From positions 63-64,062 of the forward strand of contig JADFZO010000006.1 of the NCBI GenBank assembly GCA_015232465.1: 64,000 nucleotides of DNA. Direction: 5' to 3'. The stretch's first letter is position 1; each line of letters begins with the position of its first letter. The position numbers were made by a program, and so were the translations under genes. Source of the stretch: Desulfamplus sp. (GTDB lineage Bacteria > Desulfobacterota > Desulfobacteria > Desulfobacterales > Desulfobacteraceae). The notes below the pieces were generated by a model. It was not told the DNA's origin. It saw only the letters and a list, made by a program, of their open reading frames with translations, and did not search any database. Of this stretch, positions 51,926 through 60,837 are shown one piece after another.

Positions 51926-52576
51926 ATGGCTCATCTAAATTTAAAAACCCTTCTGATAGTTACAGCTATAATTTTAATCTGCGAAATTGGCTTAAAAGCT
52001 ATATTTAAAGATATTTTGATGCTCTCCAAAATAGAGTCTATTTTGTGCATCAGATTAGTTGAAGCTCTGTTTATGTTGGCTATTTTAAAATATTGGGCAG
52101 GTTTCAAATATAATAAAAATCTCTTTTATAAGGGGATCAAAATTGGCGTTAAATGGTCAATCTATTTTGCTCTTGCAACGCTCATTGTTGGAGTGATTAT
52201 TTTTTTTACAACTAAAATAGAGCCTACCCTTTTTTTAAAATCTCAATCTATTTTAAATCTAAAAAGTGGTAAATTATATGATCTGATCATATTTCTTTTT
52301 GCGGGCTGCATTGTAAGTCCTGTTGCTGAAGAGCTTTTTTTTAGAGGCTTTTTATACCATTTTTTAAGAAGATACGGTGTATTTGTTGCTATTTTTATTA
52401 GCACATCTATATTTGGTTTATCCCATATATCAGAGACAACTCCATCTATTCCCATAGTTCCTCTTATTGGAGGCATTTTATTTGCCGCATCTTATGAGTA
52501 TTCAAAAAGCCTTGTAACACCTATAATTATACACACACTTGGCAATAGTGCTATTTTTGCCATTAGCCTACTTTAA
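51926..52576 (+). CDS. CPBP (Abi/CAAX protease) family intramembrane metalloprotease
   Basis: PVAEELFFRG, FGLSH, IIIHTLGN; hydrophobic. Confidence 0.88.
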   Translation: MAHLNLKTLLIVTAIILICEIGLKAIFKDILMLSKIESILCIRLVEALFMLAILKYWAGFKYNKNLFYKGIKIGVKWSIYFALATLIVGVIIFFTTKIEPTLFLKSQSILNLKSGKLYDLIIFLFAGCIVSPVAEELFFRGFLYHFLRRYGVFVAIFISTSIFGLSHISETTPSIPIVPLIGGILFAASYEYSKSLVTPIIIHTLGNSAIFAISLL

Positions 52577-52668
52577 AAAAAATTAATTGGTTGTTTGTAA
52601 TTTTTTACAAAATTGTGTTAATTACCAATTAAATATTTTTTTAAAATTGATTTAGGAGAACTCTTAAG

Positions 52669-54327
52669 ATGTACAACAATCTTAAAGCAGAAGGAGGCTC
52701 AGGGATAGAGCTTGATCTGCTTGAGCTTCCAGATTTGCCAGAGCTTGATGATGACGAAGATTTCTCAAAGCCTGCGGCTGTGCAAATAATTGCTCCTGAA
52801 GATAACTATGAGCAGGTAAGGCTCTCTAATATTCTTGAAGATTTAGATAAAAAGATGAAATCAGGGCGATTTCTCCATACATTTACAGCACAGATTGAGG
52901 AGATCAACCGAGTCATCAAGATGAAATATGCCTCTACACGAGATATTGCATCTGTAATACTAAAAGATGTAGCATTAGCCTCAAGAGTTCTATCTATTGT
53001 AAACTCTTGTTATTATGGACAATTTAGCCAACGAGGTGTTACAAGCATCTCAGAGGCAATGGTGATTTTAGGCACAGAAGAGGTGCAACAGGCAGCAGCT
53101 ACTCTTCTGCTTTTTGAGTTTATGCGAGATATTTCTAAAAGCGAGCTGTTAAAAGAGAAATCTCTTGCAAGCCTTATGCGTGGTATGATGGCAAAAGAGA
53201 TTGCACAAGGCTCAAAATACAAAGAGGTTGATGAGTTTCAGCTTGTTGCAATGTTATACGATATAGGCGAGCAGATTATGCTATTTTGTGATCCTGAAGC
53301 ATATCAGAGGATTCGCAAAATATCTGAGACAAAGGGTGTTGATAGAGAGCTGGTTGCAAAAAAACTTATAGGTGCATCATTCTCTCAGATTGGTCAGGGG
53401 ATTGTCTCTGGTTGGGGATTTCCAAAAAGCGTTGTTGACTGCATAAAGCCGTTTAAGGAGTTTGCAACTGATCCAAAAATGTTGACATTGCAAAACCTAA
53501 AGCGCCTTGTCGCATCTTTTACAGATGAGATGTGCAATATTGATTGGCGTAAAAGCGAAATAGTGAGGCAACAGCAGATTGAAGATATTGTGAGGCGTTA
53601 CAGTAACTTCTTAAATATTGGAATCTCTGGTGCTGACGAGCTTTTAAATAGCTCTATAAAAAAGGTTGAAAATCATGCTAAGGTTTTACGGGTCAATCTT
53701 AGAAATAGCAGGTTTGATCGTAATCAAGATGTATCTGTTGCCTCTGCAACATTTGACCAATCTCAACAGACTACATGGCAATCTTTAGAAGATAGGCTAC
53801 TTTGGATTGAAAATCAGATTGAAAAGATTGAGGAGGCTCTTGTATCTAACTTTAAGTTGAGCGAACTGCTTCATCTAATTGTTACTACAATATATAAAGG
53901 ATTCTTTTTCTCCAGAATATCGATCTGTGTTATGAACAAGTCAAAAGGAATAATGGCAGTTAGATTTGTGCTTGGAAAAGAGCCAGAGAGGTTTAGCAAG
54001 GATTTTCAATTTGTTGTTTCAGATGGCGATGATACCTTTAACAAGTCTCTAACAACTGGTCTTGATATTATCGTTGAAGATGTATCAGATAAGAGTTTTA
54101 ACAGCAGAATCCCAGACTGGTATATAAAAGGCGATTTTGCAAACTCTTTTGCACTCTACCCTGTTGTTGTTGAGCAAAAAAAGGTTGGGCTTATATATGT
54201 TGATTGGGATAAGAGCCAAACCCATCTTTTTACAGACCAGATAAAATATCTAATGCAGAGGCTAAAGAGCCTTACTGTTACAGCTATCAAAAAGAGCAGA
54301 CAAGCTTCAAAAACAGAGACAGGGTAA
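52669..54327 (+). CDS. HDOD-domain protein with C-terminal GAF-like domain
   Basis: ILKDVALASRVLSIVNSCYY, SISEAMVILG, MLYDIGE, WGFP; C-terminal SFALYPVVV..KVGLIYVD. Confidence 0.82.
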   Translation: MYNNLKAEGGSGIELDLLELPDLPELDDDEDFSKPAAVQIIAPEDNYEQVRLSNILEDLDKKMKSGRFLHTFTAQIEEINRVIKMKYASTRDIASVILKDVALASRVLSIVNSCYYGQFSQRGVTSISEAMVILGTEEVQQAAATLLLFEFMRDISKSELLKEKSLASLMRGMMAKEIAQGSKYKEVDEFQLVAMLYDIGEQIMLFCDPEAYQRIRKISETKGVDRELVAKKLIGASFSQIGQGIVSGWGFPKSVVDCIKPFKEFATDPKMLTLQNLKRLVASFTDEMCNIDWRKSEIVRQQQIEDIVRRYSNFLNIGISGADELLNSSIKKVENHAKVLRVNLRNSRFDRNQDVSVASATFDQSQQTTWQSLEDRLLWIENQIEKIEEALVSNFKLSELLHLIVTTIYKGFFFSRISICVMNKSKGIMAVRFVLGKEPERFSKDFQFVVSDGDDTFNKSLTTGLDIIVEDVSDKSFNSRIPDWYIKGDFANSFALYPVVVEQKKVGLIYVDWDKSQTHLFTDQIKYLMQRLKSLTVTAIKKSRQASKTETG

Positions 54328-54357
54328 GTTTATATTTTTAATCTACCCTGTCTCTGT
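54313..54357. terminator. Inverted repeat between convergent genes, probable bidirectional terminator
   Basis: ACAGAGACAGGGTA...TACCCTGTCTCTGT. Confidence 0.65.
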
Positions 54358-54386
54358 GTAAATAATCTTAATCTAAGATTAAAATA

Positions 54387-57155
54387 TTATGCAGCTTTTT
54401 TTATTGTTATAGCACACACCTTAAATTCAGGTATCTTTGCTACTGGATCGAGCTTTGAGTTTGTAAGTCTATTTGCTGCTGCTTGAGCAAAATGGAACGG
54501 TATAAATATTGTACCATCTACTGCTTTATGCGATATTGCAAGTTTTGCCTTGATTTTTCCCCTTCGAGAAAAGACCTCAACCATCTCACCATCGTCAATA
54601 TTTAGCTTTGCTGCATCATTAGGTGAAATCTCAACAAAACACTCTGGAGACATTTTGTTTAGCCCATCTGATTTCATTGTCATTGAGCCTGTGTGGTAGT
54701 GATAAATTACCCTTCCAGTTGTCAGAATATATGGATAATCAGCATCTGGCAACTCTGCTGGTGGCTGATGATCAATTGCATGAAATAGCCCTTTGCCTCT
54801 TGTAAATTGAGCTGTATGAAGAATCGGTGTACCAGGGTGATCAATAGTTGGGCAGGGCCAATGTATGCCTTTGGTTTCAATCCTATCCCAAGTGATTCCA
54901 GCATAAGATGGGGTTAATTTTCGTATCTCTTCAAAAATATCCTTAGCACTATTATAGTGCATATTTGCCCCCATTTTATTGGCAATATCGCAGGTAATTC
55001 TCCAATCCTCTCGTGTAAATCCAGGAGCCTCTACAGCCTTTCTAACCCTTTGGACGCGTCTCTCAGTGTTTGAAAAAGTTCCATCTTTTTCAGCAAAACA
55101 AAATGATGGAAGAACAACATCAGCCATTTGTGCAGTTTCAGTAAGAAAAATATCTTGAACAACCAAAAACTCAAGGTTCTTAAAAGCCTTTTCAGCATGG
55201 TTCAAATCTGGGTCAGAGACTAAAGGATTTTCGCCAATAATGTATAGAGACTTAAACTCACCTTTTTCAGCTTTGTGTATCATCTCTGTAACAGCAAGAC
55301 CTGGCTTTGGGGAAAGTCCGCTTACGTCCCATGCTGTCTCATACCGTTTTATTACAGTTGGATCATCAACCTTTTGGTACGCTGTAAAGACATTTGGCAA
55401 TCCTCCCATATCACATGCACCTTGAACATTGTTTTGACCTCGTAAAGGGTTTACCCCTCCACCTGGTTTGCCAAGATGCCCACAAAGCATAGAGAGATTT
55501 GCAAGAGATTTTACATTGTCAGTTCCGCATGTGTGCTGCGTGATCCCCATGCAGTAACAGATGCTTGCCTTATCTGCTGTTGCAAATAGCCGAGCAGTCT
55601 CAATAATCTCATTAGCTGGAATGCCTGTTATCTCCTCTACATAAGATGGAGTGTATTTTTTGACAACTGCTGCCATCTCTTCAAAGCCTTCGGTTCTGCC
55701 CTTTATAAACTGGTCATTTTGAAGATTCTCCTCAATAATGACATTCATAAGCCCATTAATCCACGCTATATCTGTGCCAGGATTTGGTCTTAACCACTTT
55801 TGAGCATGTTCTGTTAGCTTTATCTTTCTTGGATCAACAACAATAACAGTTTTGCCTTTAAGAGCTGCCCTTTTTATAAATGTTGATAATACAGGGTGGT
55901 TCTCAGTTGTGTTTGAACCAGTTACTAAAATAACATCAGATAGCTCAATATCTGCGATTGTGTTTGTCATTGCACCGCTTCCAAATGCTGCAGCCAGACC
56001 GGCTACTGTGGAGGAGTGTCAAAGCCTTGCACAGTGGTCAATGTTGTTTGTTTTTAGGACAGATCGTGTAAATTTTTGGGCAATGTAGTTATCCTCATTT
56101 GTTACCCTTGCAGATGTTAGCACCCCCATTGAATCAGCACCATATTTTGATTTTATCTCCATAAACTTTGATGCTACAAGCTCAAAAGCCTGCCCCCATG
56201 TTGCCTCTTGAAATTTTCCATCTTTTTTAATTAGAGGAGTGGTTAGCCTCTCTGGAGATGCAACAAAGTTATAGCCATATCTGCCCTTGACGCAGAGGCT
56301 ACCATGGTTTGGCTCTGCATCTTCAGCCCCATTTATCTCAACAATTTTGTTATCTTGAACTGTTAAATCCATCTGACAGCCAACACCGCAGTAAGAGCAG
56401 GTGGTTCTCACTTTTTTGGATTTTTCAAACCTCTTTTTATTCTCAAAGGTCTCTTTTGGTACCAAAGCACCAACGGGACAGACCTGAACGCACTCACCGC
56501 AAAATACGCAGTCAGAGTCTTTAAGGGCAACATCAGCACCAGCAACTATCTTTGCCTTTGCACCTCTATATCCAAAATCAATGGCATTGTTCACCTGAAT
56601 CTCACGACAAGCCTGAACGCACCTACCACAAAGGATACATCGAGAAAAATCTCTGATTATAAATGGATTGACCGTCTCCATAGGGTATTTGGAGTCAGAG
56701 ACTGGCAGGGCTTTAGTAATTACCTGATAACGATAAGCTAAATCTTGCAGTTGACAATCTCCCCACACGGGGCAGAGTTCGTTGTAGTTATCCTCTTTTA
56801 AGACCTTTAGATGAAATTGAGTCCACTCGTCAGGCTCAAATTGTCTGATAGCGCAGTTGTGATTGCCTGAAGCGAGCATAAGCTGAATGATATTTTTACG
56901 TGCTTTAATAACTGCTGGCGATTCGCTCTTTACAATCATACCATTTGATGCAGGATAAGCACAAGATGGGACAAGGTCTCTTGCACCTTTTACATCAACT
57001 ACGCAGATGCGACACGCCCCAGTTGGCGTTGTCCCTTTAAGGTGGCACAATGTTGGAATAAAAATATCGTTACGCCGTGCAACCTCAAGGATTGTTTCGC
57101 CCGGTTCAAAGGCGAACTCTTTATTATCAATAGTTATGATATTCTCTTTAGTCAT
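54387..57155 (-). CDS. fdhF: Selenocysteine-containing formate dehydrogenase alpha subunit (FdhF-like, N-terminal Fe-S domains), ~922 aa
   Basis: Track ORFs 56019-57155 and 54387-55970 share one frame joined by [28 protein letters not shown]; 2Fe-2S and 4Fe-4S motifs, CSYCGVGC, LRGQNNVQG, TGR..HYHTGSMT. Confidence 0.95.
55990..56021 (-). promoter_or_regulatory. Sec UGA codon plus bacterial SECIS hairpin
   Basis: UGA-CACUCCUCCACA-GUAGCC-GGUCU-GGCUGC; stem with G-containing apical loop just downstream of the UGA. Confidence 0.85.
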
Positions 57156-57392
57156 AGGTTTTTCATCCCTTAATTTTACTTTTAATATTTAAGAAATAAA
57201 ACTTTTAAAAAAGTTGCTATTTGATTAATTAAAGGCAGGTGTTAAAAATAAAGATAAAACAATTTAAATTAAAAATTTCACTACAATATAAATTTGATGA
57301 TGTCAACTAATCTTAAAATTGATCGCATAAACAATCGCATGAAATTTAAAATTTCGTGAAGTGTTGAAAGATATTTATATGCTATCAAATTA

Positions 57393-57420
57393 TTGACAAA
57401 TTTTTTGGTAATGCTATATT
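57393..57420 (+). promoter_or_regulatory. Sigma70 promoter upstream of the PxxKW gene
   Basis: TTGACA-16 bp-TATATT with TG extended -10. Confidence 0.6.
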
Positions 57421-57520
57421 GCTTAATTCAAAAATATCACGCTTTCAGCTAATAAATGAGGAGGGAAACCTGTTGGTTTCCATTATTTTTTTAAAAAACT
57501 ATTATGGAGTTTAAAATCAA

Positions 57521-57793
57521 ATGATCTGTACAACTGTAAGAAATGGTGATGAGTGTGTTTTTATGTCTAATAGGGGCTGCAAATATAATGGTGGAGAGTG
57601 CAAACCTATAGTTGAAAAGTGCGAAGGTTGCCAAAGAGTTGTTGAAAACGACAACGGAAAATTTTGCACTGCTGCCCCTGATCCAGCAATGAAATGGAAA
57701 AATGGTATCTGCAACCTTGCTACCCATGTTAAAGTTGTTGTTGAGGTTAAAAAGCAGAAACTCAATCCAATTAAAGCATCAAAGAGAAAATAA
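57521..57793 (+). CDS. PxxKW-family cysteine-rich protein
   Basis: CTT..ECVFM..GC...C..IVEKCEGC...C...PAMKW..GICNLATH, KLNPIKASKR; GGAG RBS. Confidence 0.88.
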   Translation: MICTTVRNGDECVFMSNRGCKYNGGECKPIVEKCEGCQRVVENDNGKFCTAAPDPAMKWKNGICNLATHVKVVVEVKKQKLNPIKASKRK

Positions 57794-57832
57794 CTTCTAT
57801 AAATCAGTAATATATCAGGAAATCTATTTAAA

Positions 57833-59185
57833 ATGAATCCTCTTGCCTCAGAGCTTAACGTTGTTATAGAAAATATAAATCCCCACCTCCTTGAGATGTT
57901 ATCAGAGATGGGGAAAAAACTCTATTTTCCCAAAGGAATATTAACCCAGAGTGCAGAAGCTAAACAGAAGGCTCACAGAATAAATGCTACAATTGGTATT
58001 GCAAAACAGAACAATAGAGTAATGGCTCTACCCTCTGTTACTGAACTTGTGAATAAAATTGAGCCAGATAATTTTCTTCCTTATGCCTCGTCATTTGGGG
58101 TGCCAGAACTCAGGGATAGATGGAAGAGTGCTATTTTGGAAAAAAATCCATCAATTGCAAATAAACAGATAAGCATTCCAGTTGTAACTGGTGGTATTAC
58201 CCATGCTGTTAGCACATTTGCTGATCTCTGGATTGATCCTGATGATACAGTTATACTGCCTGATATGATGTGGGGCAACTACAGCATGACATTTGTTGTT
58301 AGAAATCGTGCCAAGATTATCCATTACAACACCTACACCCCTGATCTTACCAAAATGGATATTGACTCTTTTGAATCTGTTGTGCGTCAAGAGGCTAAAA
58401 AAGGCAAAAAAATCATAACCTTGCTAAATTTTCCTCATAATCCAACAGGTTACACAGTATCTGTTGAAGAGGCAAATAGAATAGCCTCAATTTTGATCAG
58501 TATTGCAAAACAGGGGACAAATGTTGTTGTTGGGTGTGATGATGCCTATTTTGGTCTCTTTTTTGAAAAAGAGACCATGAAAGAGTCTCTTTTTTCACTT
58601 CTTGCTGGTGCTGACGAGCATCTTGTTGCTGTAAAAATGGACGGGGCAACAAAAGAGGATTATGTATGGGGGCTGCGAACAGGCTTTATAACATACGGAG
58701 TTTGTAGCAATAAGGTTGGAGGCTCTAATGAAAATAAAGAGGCTGCATTAAGAGAGCTATACTTTGCACTTGAGAAAAAGACTGCTGGTTGTATTCGAGG
58801 GTGCGTATCTAACGTGTCTAATCTAAGTCAGGCAATTGTTCTAAAATCTATGGAAGATGATCGATACCTTGAGTATAAGCAGGAAAAATTTGATCTACTC
58901 AAAGCAAGAGCCTTAAAAATAAAAGAGGTGTTAAAAGACCCAGCATACTCTGAGGCTTGGGAGGTCTATCCATTTAACTCTGGATATTTTATGTGCATAC
59001 GACTAAAAGATGTTGATGCTGAAAAATTGAGAGTTCACATGCTGGATAGTTATGGTATAGGTCTTATCTCGATTGGCAGTAAAAACATACGGGTTGCATT
59101 CTCTTGCCTTGAAGAAGATCAGGTAAAACTGCTCTTTGATATGATTCTTCAAGGAATTAATGATTTAAGATTAAATCAATCATAA
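57833..59185 (+). CDS. PLP-dependent aminotransferase class I/II
   Basis: NATIG, WGNY, LNFPHNPTGY, DDAYFG, DGATKEDYVWGLRTG, FNSGYF, IRVAFS. Confidence 0.9.
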   Translation: MNPLASELNVVIENINPHLLEMLSEMGKKLYFPKGILTQSAEAKQKAHRINATIGIAKQNNRVMALPSVTELVNKIEPDNFLPYASSFGVPELRDRWKSAILEKNPSIANKQISIPVVTGGITHAVSTFADLWIDPDDTVILPDMMWGNYSMTFVVRNRAKIIHYNTYTPDLTKMDIDSFESVVRQEAKKGKKIITLLNFPHNPTGYTVSVEEANRIASILISIAKQGTNVVVGCDDAYFGLFFEKETMKESLFSLLAGADEHLVAVKMDGATKEDYVWGLRTGFITYGVCSNKVGGSNENKEAALRELYFALEKKTAGCIRGCVSNVSNLSQAIVLKSMEDDRYLEYKQEKFDLLKARALKIKEVLKDPAYSEAWEVYPFNSGYFMCIRLKDVDAEKLRVHMLDSYGIGLISIGSKNIRVAFSCLEEDQVKLLFDMILQGINDLRLNQS

Positions 59186-59931
59186 TTTACCCTCATCAAA
59201 AAAAGCCCCTTTGCCGGAGCAGTTGCCCCGGCAAAGGCTCTATCCTTTGCCTCCAAAATCGCTTTAAAATCATCAGGTGTTATCTTTGATAATCCTGCCA
59301 TCACAAGCGTTCCTACAATATTTCTAACCATAAATCGCAAAAAACCATCACCTTTTATTTTAAAGATAACCCTTCTGCCTCCATTATTTTCAACTGACTC
59401 AATAGATGCACAAAATATTTCTCTAACAGTGTGTGATCTTGGGCTTCCGCTTGCCTCAAACGATTTAAAATCGTGCTTGCCTATCAACACTTTAGAGCAA
59501 CACCTCATTGCATCAACATCAAGCTCCTGCCTTACTTGCCACACATAATCGCGACCTACAGCACACGGAATCTGCCTATTTAAAATATGGTAGTGATACT
59601 CTTTTGAGGTTGCACTGTATCTTGCGTGAAAATTTAGCTGAACAACATCGCATGAATGTATCACAATTGGAGTTTTTATTATGCTGTTAAGGGCTTTTAG
59701 AAGGTTTTCAGAAGAGATTGCAGTATAAGCATGAAAATTTGCAACCTGACCCATAGCATGAACTCCAGCGTCAGTTCTGCCAGAGCCAATGAGCTTGATT
59801 GGCTGATTTAAAATTATGGAGATTGCACGCTCAAGCTCTGCTTGAACTGTTACCCCCTTTTTTTGAATCTGCCAGCCAGCAAAGTTTGTGCCATCATACT
59901 CTATAACAATCTTAAAATTTATCTGTTCCAA
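59176..59931 (-). CDS. truA: tRNA pseudouridine(38-40) synthase TruA
   Basis: EYDGTNFAGWQ, GSGRTDAGVHA, FHARYSA, GKHDF, GFLRFMVR, APAKGL. Confidence 0.97.
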   Translation of the reverse strand: MEQINFKIVIEYDGTNFAGWQIQKKGVTVQAELERAISIILNQPIKLIGSGRTDAGVHAMGQVANFHAYTAISSENLLKALNSIIKTPIVIHSCDVVQLNFHARYSATSKEYHYHILNRQIPCAVGRDYVWQVRQELDVDAMRCCSKVLIGKHDFKSFEASGSPRSHTVREIFCASIESVENNGGRRVIFKIKGDGFLRFMVRNIVGTLVMAGLSKITPDDFKAILEAKDRAFAGATAPAKGLFLMRVNYD

Positions 59932-59980
59932 TATAACTTCAAATATTTAAAAACGTTTTTTGTAGTTATCACAAAATCGG

Positions 59981-60817
59981 TTACAACCCACCAGAGACAG
60001 TTATAACCTCGCCACTCACATAATCAGATAGATATGAGGCAAGAAATAGGATTGGACCCGCAGCCTCTTGTGGAGTTCCAAGTCTGCCAAGTGGAATCAT
60101 CATTGTTGCAATGTCTCGTATCTGTTTTGGTATCCCAAGTGAGATGACCTCTCCATCTTTTTGCATAGATGCCCCTTCCTCTTTTGGAGCTGATAGCCTT
60201 GTCTCAATTGCCCCAAATGCAATTGCATTGCACTGAACATTATATCTGCCCCACTCCTTACTTATAGTTTTGGTCAGCCCTATCAAGCCAGATTTTGCTG
60301 CTGAATAGTTTGCCTGCCCAGCATTTCCAGTTGTTCCTGAAATTGAGGATACGTTTATAATTTTTCTGGCAATGGCTTTTCCGCTCTCTTGAATCTCCTT
60401 TTTTGCAGCATCACACAACCAAGGCTTTGCAGCACGAATAATTTTAAATGGTGCTTTAAGATGCAGATCAATAATAGTATCCCACTGTTTGTTACTCATT
60501 TTGTGTATCATAGAGTCCCATGTAAATCCTGCATTATTTACAATTATGTGGATTGCTCCCCATTTTTTGGCAGCAGTATCAATAATATTTTGAGCAAAAT
60601 CATCAGCAGTAACATCACCAATATAGAAAATCGCCTCTCCACCAGATTTAGTAATCTCAGCAACTGTCTCTTCTGCTGGTTCAGGGTCAATGTCGCTCAC
60701 AACAACCTTTGCACCTGCTGATGCAAACATAACTGCAGCAGCCTTTCCAATACCTCTTCCAGAACCTGTTATTATTGCAACTCTATCTTTAAGCATCTGA
60801 TCCATTATCTGATTCAT
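59981..60817 (-). CDS. SDR family oxidoreductase (FabG-like)
   Basis: TGSGRGIG, NNAG, NVSS, NYSAAK. Confidence 0.92.
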   Translation of the reverse strand: MNQIMDQMLKDRVAIITGSGRGIGKAAAVMFASAGAKVVVSDIDPEPAEETVAEITKSGGEAIFYIGDVTADDFAQNIIDTAAKKWGAIHIIVNNAGFTWDSMIHKMSNKQWDTIIDLHLKAPFKIIRAAKPWLCDAAKKEIQESGKAIARKIINVSSISGTTGNAGQANYSAAKSGLIGLTKTISKEWGRYNVQCNAIAFGAIETRLSAPKEEGASMQKDGEVISLGIPKQIRDIATMMIPLGRLGTPQEAAGPILFLASYLSDYVSGEVITVSGGL

Positions 60818-60837
60818 TAATCTTTTTCTCCAATTTA

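Noticed and set aside
56019-56021. Nonsense mutation making fdhF a pseudogene
   Set aside because: The stop is UGA at the catalytic Cys/Sec position, the frame continues, and a SECIS-like hairpin follows
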